Counted from the first letter of the stretch, positions 30,501 through 42,208 are shown. The stretch: DNA of 64,000 nucleotides from an uncultured Spirochaetota bacterium (GCA_963781885.1 CAWAHW010000001.1:160001-224000); one strand, 5' to 3'. Made by a program: numbers and translations. Notes: generated from the letters alone by a model not told the origin.

Positions 30501-31691
30501 GTGAAGCTCTCGACGTCGCTACCGCTTCTCTTCGCGCTCTTTGCAATGGCGGCCCTGCCCGCGGCGGCCCAGCAGCAGCCACCCCTGGTCTGCCTCGTCA
30601 CGACAATCCAGGACCTCTCAGCCCCCGGCTCCGACACGGGCGCCTACGAACAGACGATCACCGACGCGGTGAGCGCGGCGGCCGGCGCGCACGGCTACAC
30701 CCTCGTGCCCGCCTCCGCCGGGCGCGATGCCGCCGCGGCGTCGCCGTCACCCGATGCGTCGCCTGGCGGCGCGCAGGCGGCATCTCTCGCCGTGGCGCGC
30801 GCCGTCGGGGCAGATGTCGCGGTGACGGGATCCTTCGTCGTGGAGAACGACCAGATATTTTTCACCATTCAATGCTGGGACGTGGCAGCGGGAAAGCTCG
30901 CCGCGGGCGTCCAGCAGACGACCCCCTTCAACCTGGCCTTTTTCGCGCTGCTCGATGAAAGCCTCGGCACGCTGTTCTCCTCGGTCCAAGTGGAGAGGAA
31001 CAATGCGCCGCGGCTCGTCTTCACCTCCCCCGACGAGGGGATGGAGGTCATCCTTTCCGGCGACGTGGACATCGGGCAGGTCAGCGGCGGCCGCGTGAGC
31101 TGGCCGGTGACGGGCGTGGCGCCGGGGACGAAGATCGTTGTGGAAAAGCGCAAGACAGGGTTCCACACCGATCGCCAGACTGTGACCCTGGTCACGGGCA
31201 AGGAGATTCCCCTGACGCGCCTGACCCCGCTCCACGCGTCGTCCGTGGAGTATTCAGAAACGATCGGACAGCTCATCGGCGTCGGCGCGGCGATGCGCGC
31301 CTACATGATCCCGGACTGGCTCTACTTCTCCATCGGCGGTTACCCGTGGATACAACCGCCGGCCTCCGTCGCGCTGCGCGCCGCTTTTCACTTCGACGAA
31401 GAGCTCAATCTCGGCGGCTACGTCATCTTCTCACCGGGCTCCCCGTTCCGCCTCGGCCTTGCAAGCGGCGTCGGCCTCGTTCTCACTTTCATGAGCACAC
31501 CGGGTTTCCCCGTCTATACCGATGCCTATGTGGACCTCGCCCGCATCTCGCTCGAGCTCGACCTGCCGCGCGTGGCCTTTTTCATCCGGCCCGAGTTCAG
31601 GTACGCCCTGGGGTTGGGAACGAATCTGCTGGGAACGGGCTGGCTCATGCAAAACGGCCCCGGCATTTCGATCGGCATGGTGGTCAGATGA
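30501..31691 (+). CDS. Exported protein with a possible C-terminal beta-barrel
   Basis: Signal peptide, an N-terminal alpha/beta domain, and alternating hydrophobic strands at the C-terminus. Confidence 0.65.
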   Translation: MKLSTSLPLLFALFAMAALPAAAQQQPPLVCLVTTIQDLSAPGSDTGAYEQTITDAVSAAAGAHGYTLVPASAGRDAAAASPSPDASPGGAQAASLAVARAVGADVAVTGSFVVENDQIFFTIQCWDVAAGKLAAGVQQTTPFNLAFFALLDESLGTLFSSVQVERNNAPRLVFTSPDEGMEVILSGDVDIGQVSGGRVSWPVTGVAPGTKIVVEKRKTGFHTDRQTVTLVTGKEIPLTRLTPLHASSVEYSETIGQLIGVGAAMRAYMIPDWLYFSIGGYPWIQPPASVALRAAFHFDEELNLGGYVIFSPGSPFRLGLASGVGLVLTFMSTPGFPVYTDAYVDLARISLELDLPRVAFFIRPEFRYALGLGTNLLGTGWLMQNGPGISIGMVVR

Positions 31692-32714
31692 GCCGCTTTG
31701 TTCGTGCCGCAGCAGCCGCCCTCGCGGTCCTTCTTCTCGGCTCGTGCGACGTGCTTTTCATGGGCCGTTTTCCTTCCGATGTCACCCAGGCGACCGCGCG
31801 CATCGATCTGTCCTCCTCCATATCCGCGTCTGCGGCGAGCTCATTCACGCTGTCGGTGGTTGCGGCGGGAAACCTCGAGTTCGTCGTGCTTGCCTCTAGC
31901 CTGGGCTTCGACAGCTCCCAACCCCACGTCCTGGTCCTGTCTCCGCAGCTCACGTTCCAGCAGAAGTATTCGACGGACGATCTTGCGGTGGTGCCGACCG
32001 GGCGGCGTGTCCTTCAGGGGAGACGCGGTCCTTTCCCACCTCGTCGACGGCAAAATCGTCATCGGCGACCTCCAGACATCGCCCTCTTCGACGGGGCTTA
32101 TGCCGGACGTCATGCTTCCCTCCGCGTTCCTTAGCGGGTGGACCATCGAAGGGCCGCAGCCGACCTACCTGACGTGGACCAACTTCCGCGAGGATCCGGG
32201 GACTCAGACGCTGTTCTACGACGAATATCCGGGCGACTGGAGCACGCAGACGCCCAAGCAGCATCCGGTCTCCTCCGGTTCGACCCAGTACAACCTGGCG
32301 GGGGTCTTCACGGATCCCACGGACGGCAACAACAACACGGCGCTGATGGCCTTTTCCGAAAACAACACCCAGCAGGACACCATTCATTTCATCCAGGTCC
32401 CGAAGAACGCCGATTTCATCAACCAGTTTCCCGGGCCTCCCATCATGGAAAACCCCGCCTACACGAGCGCGCAGTTCGTGAAGAACGGTCTTGAAAGCGA
32501 TGCCTTGTGGGCCACCGCCGACAGCATCATCGGCTACGATTCAAACGACGGGGAGCTCGTCCGTTTCAGCCCGACGGACCCCAGTGTCGAGGCGAGGCTG
32601 CGGGTCTCCGCGCACGTGCAGAACGGGCACCTTGCCTTCAGCTTTGCCGGCGGCTACTACTGCACGTGGGATCCTGATACAAGGGTGCTCACCCGATACG
32701 AGAAGTGGTGGTAG
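31688..32714 (+). CDS. Hypothetical lipoprotein; frameshift at ~32000
   Basis: MSRFVRAAAAALAVLLLGSC lipobox and ATGA overlap. The C-terminal half is in the 31698..32714 frame. Confidence 0.65.
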
Positions 32715-32717
32715 CCC

Positions 32718-35700
32718 TTATTCGACCGTGGGGAGCCAGACCCGGAACGTCGTCCCCGCGCCTGCTTCGCTTTCCACCTCGATCCTTCCCCCCGATTCGG
32801 ACACCGTGCTGCGGCAGACCGAGAGGCTCAGGCCCACCCCCTTGACGCGCGCCTGCGGCGAGTCCGCGGCAGCCCACTCCCCCTTTGTTGTGAAAAATGG
32901 CGTGAACAGCCGCGGGATATCCTCGCGGGGAATGCCGCAGCCGGTATCGCGCACTTCCACGAAGGCGGCGTGGGGACCCGTGCCCGTCCGGATCGAGAGC
33001 GTGCGGATTGGCCGGTCGAGCATGGCATCGAGCGAGTTGCCCAGGAGCGACGTGAGCACGAACGTGGCCCGCGACTTGTGGACGCGCACGGGCGGCGTCT
33101 CTGGCATGTCGAGAACCACCTTCACGTCCATCTCTTCAAACCTGTGCTCGAAAACGCGGAGGAGGGGCCCGACGAGCAGATTGAGCTGGCACGTCTCGCT
33201 GCCCGACTCGGAGGAAACGGTGAGCCCCTGGAGCTGCGCGGTGATGTCGACGAGCCGGTCGACGCCTTTCAGGGCTTCTTCCGCGAAAGAGCGCGCGACG
33301 GTGGAAAGCCCGGGGGCCTCCAGAAGCATGTCCAGGTAGCCCTTGACGACCGTATTGATGTTGTTGAACTGGTGGGCGATTCCGCCGGCAAGGGTGCCGA
33401 GGCTTTCCAGGCGTTGCGCCTGGATGAGCCGCGCCTGGATCGCCTTTTCATCCGTCATGTCGCGCGCAATGACGGCGACGCCGACAGTCCGTCCCGTCTG
33501 GTCGCGAATGGGCGCGAGCGCATAAGCGACCGCGATCGTCGCGCCGTTCCGCTTCCGCGCGCTCGCTTCGAAGAACTGGCCCTCCTGCCCGTCCCGCACC
33601 TTTTCCCAGAACGGCCGCGTCGTCTCAAACACCTCCCCGCTCATGAGGGCGGCAACCGGCCGGCGGAGCATCTCCTCCGCGGCATAGCCGAACACCTCCT
33701 CCGCCCCCCTGTTCCAGCTCGTGACCAGATCCTCACCGTCCACGCCGAATATCGCCTCCCGCGCCGATTCGACGAGCGTGGCAAGCCGCAGGATCCTCTC
33801 CTCCGCGCGGCGATGCTCGGTGATGTCCTTGGAAAGCCCGAAGGTGCCGATGATGTGGCCTCGTGCGTCGCGCAGGGGCATCTTCGTGGTCGATACCCAC
33901 GTCTCGTGACCGTCGGGCCACGTCTCCTTTTCCTCCAGGTCGATGATCGGCACCCCTGACTGGATGATGGCCTGCTCGGCATCCATGGCCGGCTGGGCGT
34001 GCACGGGCGTGTAGAAGTCGAAATCGGTCTTGCCGATCGCCTGGGACGGATCGCTCAGGCCGAGGGCGCCGGCCATGGACTTGTTGATGAGCACGAAACG
34101 GCTGCGCTCGTCCTTGAAGTAGATGTGGTCGGGAAGCGTGTCCATCAGGATGGCGCTCAGGGCGCGCTCGCGCTCCAGCGTGTCGATCACGCGCTGGCGC
34201 GCGCTGGAAAGCAGGGAGCTGTTGAGCAGGCCGCTCAGCTGCACGCAGAACGACTCGTAGATCGTGGGATCGCGCTGCCCCGGCTCGAAGGCGAGGTAGC
34301 CGATCTGGTCTTCGCGGAAGTACGTCGCCGTGGCAATGAGCGTGCGCCGCCGGTCGCGGGGCAGGAAGCGCGCCGGCAGGAAAGCTTCCGCGGGGGAAAA
34401 GCTCCGTTCGTCGTCCGCCACGGTCACCGGCTTCCCGTCGACCCAGGCGAGGGTCGCCTCGGCGCGATCCGGCACCACCCAGGCGTCCCCATGGAGATGG
34501 CGTTTCCACCCGGGATAGCAGACGATGAGGCAGGTCCCTATGTCGAGGAGCGGCAGCTGCACCGCCAGGTCGTTCATCAGCTCGCTCATGGAGGCGCCGG
34601 ACGCAAGACGTTCCGTGACACGACGAAGAAGCGCCAGGTGCCGCAGCAGCTCGTTGAAGCGCTTGCCCTGCTCCAGGCGCAGCGAGTCCGACAGAAGCAT
34701 GAGGGCCTTTTCGAACCAGGTCTGCAGGTTCTCCACGACTTCCCGCGACCGCGCCGCGGCGAGGAGCTCTGCCTGCAGCGCCGTGATGAGGGTCTGCCAT
34801 GCGGTGAGATCGATGCCGCCGGTCAGCTCGTCGTTCAGGATTTCCTGGAAGCCCTCCAGGAATGTCGCCGTGCCGGCATTCTCCGCCAGCCGCAGGAGCG
34901 CGCGCCCGACAGCGTCGGGTGAATGCTCGGGCAGCCGCGGCTCAAGCCCCGCAAGGCACCTCTCCACGATCTGGTCGGGGCGGAGCGGCGCGCCCGCGGC
35001 GCGCCCCGGGCGCGTCGGAAGGGCGTCAAGGGCGACGACCGCCCGCGGGAGGCAGCCGCACGACGTCCGCAGCACGAGCTCCGCCGGCAGCACCAACTCC
35101 ATGGCTGCCGGCTTCCCGTCGGCAAGCCCGGCGGCGAGCGTCGCGGCTGTCTTGCCCTGCTCGATCAGCCGCTGGCCGACGGTCGTGATGGCAGGCACGA
35201 CGAACTGCGAGTCGGGGATGTCGTCGAAACCGATGAGGGAGACGTCCCGGGGAACGGCGTATCCGCGGTCGCGGAGCTCTTCCAATGCGCCAATGGCCAT
35301 TTCGTCGTTTGCGGCGACGAGGGCCTGGAAATCTAGCTTTTTGCGGCGCTGGAAGTGTTCCGCGACGGCCCGGCGGCCGCCGGCCCGGGAGAAATCTCCG
35401 GCAAGCCACAGTGCGGGGTCCTCCTCGAGGCCCCGTTCCCGCACGACCTCGCGATAGGTCGCGAATCGCTCCTGCGCTTCCTTGTTCGCCTCGGGGCCCT
35501 TGAGGAAGGCGACCCTGCGCGGCCCGTGCGCGGCCACGAGGTGCTCCATCGCGGCGCGCATTCCGGCGCCGTTGTTCGCGAAGATGCTCGGCACCCCCTC
35601 GATCTTGACGCCAATGCTCACGCGCGGCATCCCCTCGAAGCGCGCCAAGAGGGCCAGGAGACGCTCGTAGGTGATGAAGGACCCCTGGGTCCCGGTGGCC

Positions 35701-35915
35701 ATCACCAGCGCATCGATTGCCCCCGTGGTGATGTAGTCGAAGATGACATTGCTCTGGTATTCGTGCCCGACCGGTGTGCCAAGGACCCGGCCCGAGAAAA
35801 CGATGAGGTTCGCGTCCAGGCTCTGCGCGCCGATGGAAACCCCATCAATGATCTGCCGCGCATATCCTGAAACGAGCTGGTCGATAAGAAGACCCAGGGT
35901 GATGCGCTTCCTCAT
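32718..35915 (-). CDS. Sensor histidine kinase with a LacI-type sugar-binding domain and two PAS domains
   Basis: AANDEMAIG, IGFDD, VLRTSCGC, PAS (IYFKD, WNRGAE), H-box GIAHQFNN, DTGCGI, FTPFFTTK, GVGLSL. Confidence 0.88.
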   Translation of the reverse strand: MRKRITLGLLIDQLVSGYARQIIDGVSIGAQSLDANLIVFSGRVLGTPVGHEYQSNVIFDYITTGAIDALVMATGTQGSFITYERLLALLARFEGMPRVSIGVKIEGVPSIFANNGAGMRAAMEHLVAAHGPRRVAFLKGPEANKEAQERFATYREVVRERGLEEDPALWLAGDFSRAGGRRAVAEHFQRRKKLDFQALVAANDEMAIGALEELRDRGYAVPRDVSLIGFDDIPDSQFVVPAITTVGQRLIEQGKTAATLAAGLADGKPAAMELVLPAELVLRTSCGCLPRAVVALDALPTRPGRAAGAPLRPDQIVERCLAGLEPRLPEHSPDAVGRALLRLAENAGTATFLEGFQEILNDELTGGIDLTAWQTLITALQAELLAAARSREVVENLQTWFEKALMLLSDSLRLEQGKRFNELLRHLALLRRVTERLASGASMSELMNDLAVQLPLLDIGTCLIVCYPGWKRHLHGDAWVVPDRAEATLAWVDGKPVTVADDERSFSPAEAFLPARFLPRDRRRTLIATATYFREDQIGYLAFEPGQRDPTIYESFCVQLSGLLNSSLLSSARQRVIDTLERERALSAILMDTLPDHIYFKDERSRFVLINKSMAGALGLSDPSQAIGKTDFDFYTPVHAQPAMDAEQAIIQSGVPIIDLEEKETWPDGHETWVSTTKMPLRDARGHIIGTFGLSKDITEHRRAEERILRLATLVESAREAIFGVDGEDLVTSWNRGAEEVFGYAAEEMLRRPVAALMSGEVFETTRPFWEKVRDGQEGQFFEASARKRNGATIAVAYALAPIRDQTGRTVGVAVIARDMTDEKAIQARLIQAQRLESLGTLAGGIAHQFNNINTVVKGYLDMLLEAPGLSTVARSFAEEALKGVDRLVDITAQLQGLTVSSESGSETCQLNLLVGPLLRVFEHRFEEMDVKVVLDMPETPPVRVHKSRATFVLTSLLGNSLDAMLDRPIRTLSIRTGTGPHAAFVEVRDTGCGIPREDIPRLFTPFFTTKGEWAAADSPQARVKGVGLSLSVCRSTVSESGGRIEVESEAGAGTTFRVWLPTVE

Positions 35916-36011
35916 GCTCCTCGGCCTCTCTGCCTCGGCGCATCCACTGTAGGCGCACGCCGGCTGATCCGTCAAGCGCGGAAACAACCCCGATGAGGAC
36001 GGCTGGCGGGT

Positions 36012-37172
36012 TTACTGGAACGCCATCACGGACGCCTTGTTGCCGTTCGAAGGATCGCGGAAGGCAACATAGGGGACGTCCCCGGGACCGATGGCAATGG
36101 AGAGGTAGTCGACCGCGCCGGTTGTAAAATCAGGAGCTCCCACGACAGTCCATTGTGTGCCGTCGTATTTCATAACCGTGACGCGGTTGCTGGACGTGTT
36201 GTCCGCGAACGCGACAAAAGGGGTGCCTTGGGAATCGATGGCGATCACGGCGCCCCCGAATGTGCTTCCGGGTGAAAGGGGGCGCGAACCGACGAGCAAC
36301 CACGTCCCTGACGATTGTGAGAACTGCATGACAACAGCCCCGTACCCCACCGCGGGGTCGGAATAGACGATGAATTGCGTGCCATTCGGAGATACCGCTG
36401 AATGCAGGTTGTACACCGATGCAGGGGTGAATCCCGGCGATCCGCGCTGCACCCAGGCTCCGCTGTAGCGAAGCTCAGAAGCTTCGTTGCCTTGCGAGCC
36501 GTCTTCGAAAGCAATGGAAAGCTGGTCGTTGGAATCCACGTTCATCGTGATTTCACCGGCGCCAGAAGGAACCGAAATAGGAGCGGGATACATCGACCAT
36601 GGGCCGCCATTCGAGGTCATGACATCGAGGTTGAAGCCCGTGCCATCGTAGATACCCACATAAAGGTTGCCGGAGGAATCTATGACGATGGGTGTATTGT
36701 CGGCGCTGGGCGTCGGCGAAAAGCCCTGTCCTCCTATATAACTCCATGAACCGCTATAGCGCGCAACTGACGCTCTTCCCGCTGCCGCGCTGTCCGTGAA
36801 TGAGACATATACCTGCGTGCCGGAGGAAAACGCGAGATTGACCATGTCCACATTGCCGCTTGAGAACGGCCCCCCCACTTGTGTCCAGCTTCCCTGCAAA
36901 AAACGCCAGAGAGTGCCCGCGCCGGCATTCCAATCCTGAAACGCTACATAGGGTGTGCCCGAGGTGGGCTGAAACGCCATTGTCAGGGACCCAACCCCCC
37001 CTGGGGAAAACCCCGACTGCCCGACATATGACCAGCCGACGTGATTCGCCCATATCGATTTGTCCTGCGTCACCGTGGTCGGGCATCCCGCCATCATCGC
37101 GAGCGCCACAACCAGGACCGCTGCCCCGGTAAGACGGGCACGCCGAACGGAAATTCCAATACCCTTCTGCAT
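36012..37172 (-). CDS. Beta-propeller-like repeat lipoprotein; start uncertain
   Basis: Lipobox MAGC and repeated W..VG..GF / PYVAF.D / ASVM units. Confidence 0.7.
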   Translation of the reverse strand: MQKGIGISVRRARLTGAAVLVVALAMMAGCPTTVTQDKSIWANHVGWSYVGQSGFSPGGVGSLTMAFQPTSGTPYVAFQDWNAGAGTLWRFLQGSWTQVGGPFSSGNVDMVNLAFSSGTQVYVSFTDSAAAGRASVARYSGSWSYIGGQGFSPTPSADNTPIVIDSSGNLYVGIYDGTGFNLDVMTSNGGPWSMYPAPISVPSGAGEITMNVDSNDQLSIAFEDGSQGNEASELRYSGAWVQRGSPGFTPASVYNLHSAVSPNGTQFIVYSDPAVGYGAVVMQFSQSSGTWLLVGSRPLSPGSTFGGAVIAIDSQGTPFVAFADNTSSNRVTVMKYDGTQWTVVGAPDFTTGAVDYLSIAIGPGDVPYVAFRDPSNGNKASVMAFQ

Positions 37173-37282
37173 GTTTACCATTCTATATATCAAGAATGCT
37201 GCCATTCAATGCCCAAAGCAAGATGAAAAACATTGACATCGAGGCCGGCATTCAACAGAATTGAGGAAAGGTGACGGGATCG

Positions 37283-38512
37283 ATGAAATCCGCCGGGGTC
37301 GTCTGTGCGCTGTTCCTCCTCTTTGTCTTCTCGGCGGGTGCCCAGAATGCGGGTCCGCCGGAAGGACAAGCGGCGCGCCGGCTCCTGCTCGTCGTCACGA
37401 AGGATGCCGGCTCCACCCTCTCCACCAACGACGTGCAGCTCCTTTCCCAGTCCATCCTCATGCAGGTGCAGAAGGCCACCGATGAAGTCATCGTCGTGGA
37501 GTCCCCCGGCCCGGGGGACCTCTCCGCCGCGGGGTTGGAGGAGGCCGCGAAGGCCGCCGGCGCTGACAGCTGGCTGACCGTTGATGCCACCGGGAGCTGG
37601 ACCGCGCTGACGCTCGCCGTACGCTCCTTCGACCTCATCTCCAATGCAACGGTCATGGACGTCTCCGTGAGCAGGGCGCAATGGCAGTCGGCACTCGATC
37701 TCGCGCAGGAAGCGTGGGAGGAGATCGTGCAACCCGTCGCGGGTCACTATCACTTCGTGACTGCCGCACCCCCTCCCGCGGCCACGACGATGGCACGCCT
37801 GACCGTCAAGGCGATTCCGGGAACGACGATCGACGGCCTGGGAAAGACGGCGCTGGTTGCCGATCAAAACGGCACCGCCTCCCGTGACGTGCCGGCGCCG
37901 CACCAATACACGCTCCTCTCGAGCCTGCGCGGATACTCCTTGTCGAGCACCACGATCTTCGTCGCGGGCGACCGTGCCGTGCAGCTCGACCAGCGCCCGC
38001 TGTCGCATTGGGCCGCGGAGCTTTCCCTGCAGGACCAGGCCAACCCCGGCTTCGCACTTTCCTGGTTTCCCGTCCCGGGCATCCTGGCAATCAGACTCCA
38101 GGTCACGTCGTACCTCGTCGGCCTCTCGCTTGGCTCCGCGGATCCGTTCTCCAGCGTACCCGTGACGGACGTCCTGCTCGAGGCGGGGGTGTATGGACCT
38201 CTTGAGCCGCGCCTCATCCGCGTGTATGCGATGCTGGGCGTCTCCCTGAGGATCGACAGTCCCGCGGATTCCTCGCCCACACTCGATCCCCTGTCGCTCG
38301 TCGGGTTGAAAGACATCATGGGCGCGGAGCTCTCGCTCTCCCCGCGGACGGGCCTTTTTGCCGAGTGGGCGCCGACGCTGTACTTCACGGCCGTGCCCAC
38401 GCTGATGGAGGCCGCCCTCGGACCGGGCAACACCCCGACGGGCTGGGTCTTTACGTCGGGGGCCGCCATCAACATCCTGGAATTTCGTGTCGGCTTTCGG
38501 TGGCAGCTATGA
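37283..38512 (+). CDS. Exported protein with a possible C-terminal beta-barrel
   Basis: Signal peptide, C-terminus EFRVGFRWQL, upstream TTGACA-17-CAGAAT (37233-37261). Confidence 0.65.
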   Translation: MKSAGVVCALFLLFVFSAGAQNAGPPEGQAARRLLLVVTKDAGSTLSTNDVQLLSQSILMQVQKATDEVIVVESPGPGDLSAAGLEEAAKAAGADSWLTVDATGSWTALTLAVRSFDLISNATVMDVSVSRAQWQSALDLAQEAWEEIVQPVAGHYHFVTAAPPPAATTMARLTVKAIPGTTIDGLGKTALVADQNGTASRDVPAPHQYTLLSSLRGYSLSSTTIFVAGDRAVQLDQRPLSHWAAELSLQDQANPGFALSWFPVPGILAIRLQVTSYLVGLSLGSADPFSSVPVTDVLLEAGVYGPLEPRLIRVYAMLGVSLRIDSPADSSPTLDPLSLVGLKDIMGAELSLSPRTGLFAEWAPTLYFTAVPTLMEAALGPGNTPTGWVFTSGAAINILEFRVGFRWQL

Positions 38513-39640
38513 AGAAACTGATTCTCGGCCTCGCAATGGCTGCCCTTTTGATCTCCTGCTCGCCCATTCCCTATGATGCCGGGCTTGCCCGGATCCGCGC
38601 GCGCCGTGGCGAGAATGAACCAGGACAATCCCTCCCTGGTCACCGTGGATTTCAACCACAATATGAGCTCTTCCGAGCAGATTCTTGCCTTCTATCCCCG
38701 GGTCACGGCATCGGGATTCGACTACAGCACGGGATTCGTGCTGACACAGGAAGGCATCGACATCGGGGTCCACGGGGTTGCCGCCAATGCAAGCACGGGC
38801 CTGCTCAGCGGTTTCGGGGACACTTTTCCCACCATTCCCAACCAGGACCCGCTGTACCCGTCCTGGCTTGCCTGGCCGACAAAAGACGTCCCCGGTTCCA
38901 ATGCTTGGCTCTCCCTGCTCACATTCGACTCCCTCGAGCCAGACTTGAACAACCAGGCGATGCAATTCATGGTCCAGCCGGGAAGTCCCCCGCTGTTCTC
39001 GACCGGGACTCAAAGCAAGTTGAGCACCGTGATCGCCCCCATTTTTCCCGGGTACGTCATCGGCGGATCGGTGGATGCAGATACCCTCCCGGGCAACGAC
39101 GACACGTATTGGCTTGCCCGAGATTCCGGGGGCCAGTTCGCCGAGGTCTGGAGCCCGCTCTCGTCCACGGCGCCCGCCTTTGCGCAGCTGCGCTCCTCGG
39201 GCTCGTACACGCTGAGCTTCATTCCCTCTGGAATCGCGCACGTGCAATATTTCTACGATGAGAACCAGGCGGGCGACCCTTTGCGGCAACCCAACGCGAG
39301 CTTCGCATCGTGGAACGATGGCGCGGGCTGGGTCTGCTATCGATGGACGGAAAACCCTCCGGGCTCGTTTCCCTTCGTGAAGATCCCCATCGATCACCGC
39401 GTCGACGCCCTGTTGAGCACCGGGCAGCTCTTTTCCACGGAAGGGGGCACCGGCCGACTGTATAGCCGTGACGGCGATCTTCTTGCAAGCTTTTCGCTGG
39501 GAAATCTGCGGTTCCTCTCGGAGGAGTACGTCGGCGGGCAGCCGCGGATGTACTTCTCCCAGTTCCTGTCCTTCAATCAGCAGACGGGTTTTAACGTGTA
39601 TTGGATTCCCACCGCCTCACTTGCAACGCTGGGAGACTGA
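38509..39640 (+). CDS. Hypothetical lipoprotein; frameshift at ~38590
   Basis: MKKLILGLAMAALLISC lipobox and ATGA overlap. Continues in the 38573..39640 frame. Confidence 0.65.
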
Positions 39641-39657
39641 TCGGGGGAGCGGCGGCC

Positions 39658-42208
39658 CTACTTTGCCGAGATGAGCTTCTGCAGGGACTGCAGGAGACTC
39701 TTCATGCGCGCATCTTTTTCGGCTGAAATCTTCGTGCTGAGCCAGGCATTCTGCGCGTCCGCGCCCTTCTGGTTTGCAAGCCCCGTCATCAGTGTCGCAA
39801 GCTGATCCATCGCGCTGCGGCGTCCGGTGGTGATCCCGTCGGTGGAAAGCTGCGCGTCGTAGCGGTTCACGCGGCCCAGGATGCCGGAGAAGACCTTGTC
39901 CAGCGTCGAGTAGAATCCCTGGCGGCTGCCCCCCGAGGCGAAAAGCGCCTTGCCCTGGTCGTCCTTGAACTTCGCAAGGTTGTCGTCTTCCTGCTTCGCG
40001 TAGGTGATGTAGGCGGCAACAATATCGTTGAAGTCCGCAAGGTTCTTCTGGTCTTCAGCGGAGAGCCCGGTGCCGTTTGCCGCGGCCGTGGGGGTTGCCG
40101 CGCCAGTCGATGCCACCGACGCTTGCGCCGTTTTCAGCGCCTCGGCGGCGCGATCGGCGAGCTGCCTCTGCCGGTCGGCCTCCTGCCGGGCAGCGGCCAG
40201 GTCCGTCGTGAGCCGGGCATTGTCGGCGCCCAGCTTCGTGACCTGTGCCGTGAGGTCGGCGGCCTTCCTGGTGGCCGCATCGAGGTTCTTCTGCAGATCG
40301 GAGGAAGCAGCCGAGGAGGCGCTGGAGGCATTCGCAATGTCCCCGAACCTCTGGTTGAGCGCGCGCAGGAGCGTCGCGCTGTCGGCCTTTGCCCGGGTCC
40401 TGCGTGCTGCCCAGGAGCGCGATGATGCTCTTCTTGACGGCAAGGATCTCCGCGAGCCCCGCGTCGAGCTGCTTCTGCACACCCGCGAGCTGCGCCGTGA
40501 GAGCGCTCACCTGGTCGGTCTCCGCCTTGAGCGCGGCGGCCGCCCCGTCGTTCATCGCGGCCACGCTGTCGGTGATCCCCTTGACGGCGGCGAGGTTCTG
40601 CTGGCTCTGGGGATAGCCCTGGAGGATGCCGAGATACTGCTGGAGCGCGTCGGGATACTGCCCCTGCTTCTGGAGGGCCGCCGCCTGTGTGAGGAGCGGA
40701 GCCGCCGCCTGGGTCTGATCGTTCTGGCTCTTCTGCGCCGTCAGGGACGCGGTTGCGTTGCCGATGTTGGCAAGCGTCGTGGCAAGCCGCGCGGAGGTCT
40801 CGGGGAGGTAGGTGAAGGCATCCCGGTAGGCCTGGAGCGCATCGGGGAGGCGGCCGGCCGCGAATGCCGCCTCGGCGCGCGCGAGGCCGGCATGGAGGGC
40901 GTCCTGCCGCGCGGCCTCCGCGTCGCGCGCCTTGTTCGTGAAATAGGCGTAGCTCTTTGCGACCTCGGGGATTACCGCCAGCGACTGGCCGTACAACGTC
41001 TCCGCGTCGGCCACCTTGCCGGCGCGCAGCAGGGTGTCGGCATTGGCCACCCGGCTGCGGATGTCGGCAAGCTTTCCCGCGGCATCCACGAGCGAGGCGG
41101 TGTCCACCTTGCCCTTGTCGATCTCGTTCTGCACGAGCGTCGTGAGGGAATCCACAATGAAAAGGTCCACGGTGCGCCGCTTGGCGATGCCGGGAAGCGT
41201 TGCAACGTCACTGGAGTTGACATAGGTGGATATCGCCTGGAGGCTCACAAGAGCCTTGGGGTAATTCTTCGCCGCGATGTCCGCCTGCGCGACGCCGTAC
41301 AGACCGGTGATCTGCTGCGTGACGAGGTCTTCCTGCTGCTTCTGGGAAGTGAGCGCCGTGAGCTGCGCCTGCGTCTGCGCCTCTGAGCTTTGCAGCTCTT
41401 TCGTCTTCTGTGCGAGCTGGGTCTGGAGGTCCGCCTCGCGCTGCCGTGAATCCGCGAGCACCTGCTGACGGTCCGCATTCGCCTTGGCGAGGTCTGAGTT
41501 GAATTGGGCCTGCAGATTCTGCAGCGTCGCTTCCGACTTCTTTCGGTCCTCGTCGGCCTGCGCCTTGAAGGCATCGAGCTGCGTGTTGAACGCGGCGTTC
41601 TGCTGCGCCGACAAGTCGTTGAGCTTCTTCTGGATGTCCGCGTCGGAGAGGCCCTGCTTCTGGAGGCGCGCCTTCTCCGCGTCCAGCTCCGCCTGCAGGG
41701 AGGCCTTCAACTGGCTCTCCTTCTCCTGGACCTTGGCGTCCATGTTCGCCTGAAGGTCCTGTCTCTGCTTGTCGATCTGGGAGAGCTGGGTCTGGATCTG
41801 GCTGATCTGGTTGTTCTTCTCCTGGAGCTTCGCGTCGGATTCCTTCTTCACTTCCTCGATCAGCTTGCCTTCCGCGGTGATGGTGCCGGTGTCCTCGCGT
41901 GAGGCCTGGGTCTCACCCCGCTGGAAAAGGAAATAGAAGAGCGCGAGACCTGCGGCAAGGACCACGACCGCGCCGACGATGACCATGACGGGGAAGAGGA
42001 CGCCGCGCTTGGCAGCCTTGACGGCGAACATCTCGGGGCTCACCGCGATGCGGCTGCCGGTTGCCACCTTCTCGATTTCCGCCCGGATCTCCTTCTGCTC
42101 CTCCCGGGTGATGCCCGAGTCGGGATCGAAGGCGAACTCCTCCCGGTCGTCGGGGGCGAAGCCGAGGGCTTTCCTGAGCGTCAGAGCCTTTTCGAGGAGT
42201 CCCAGCAT
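39658..42208 (-). CDS. Single-TM long coiled-coil/helical-repeat protein; frameshift at ~40393
   Basis: TM helix near residues 70-95, then Q/K/E/A-rich heptads. The C-terminal part is in the 39658..40482 frame. Confidence 0.7.
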
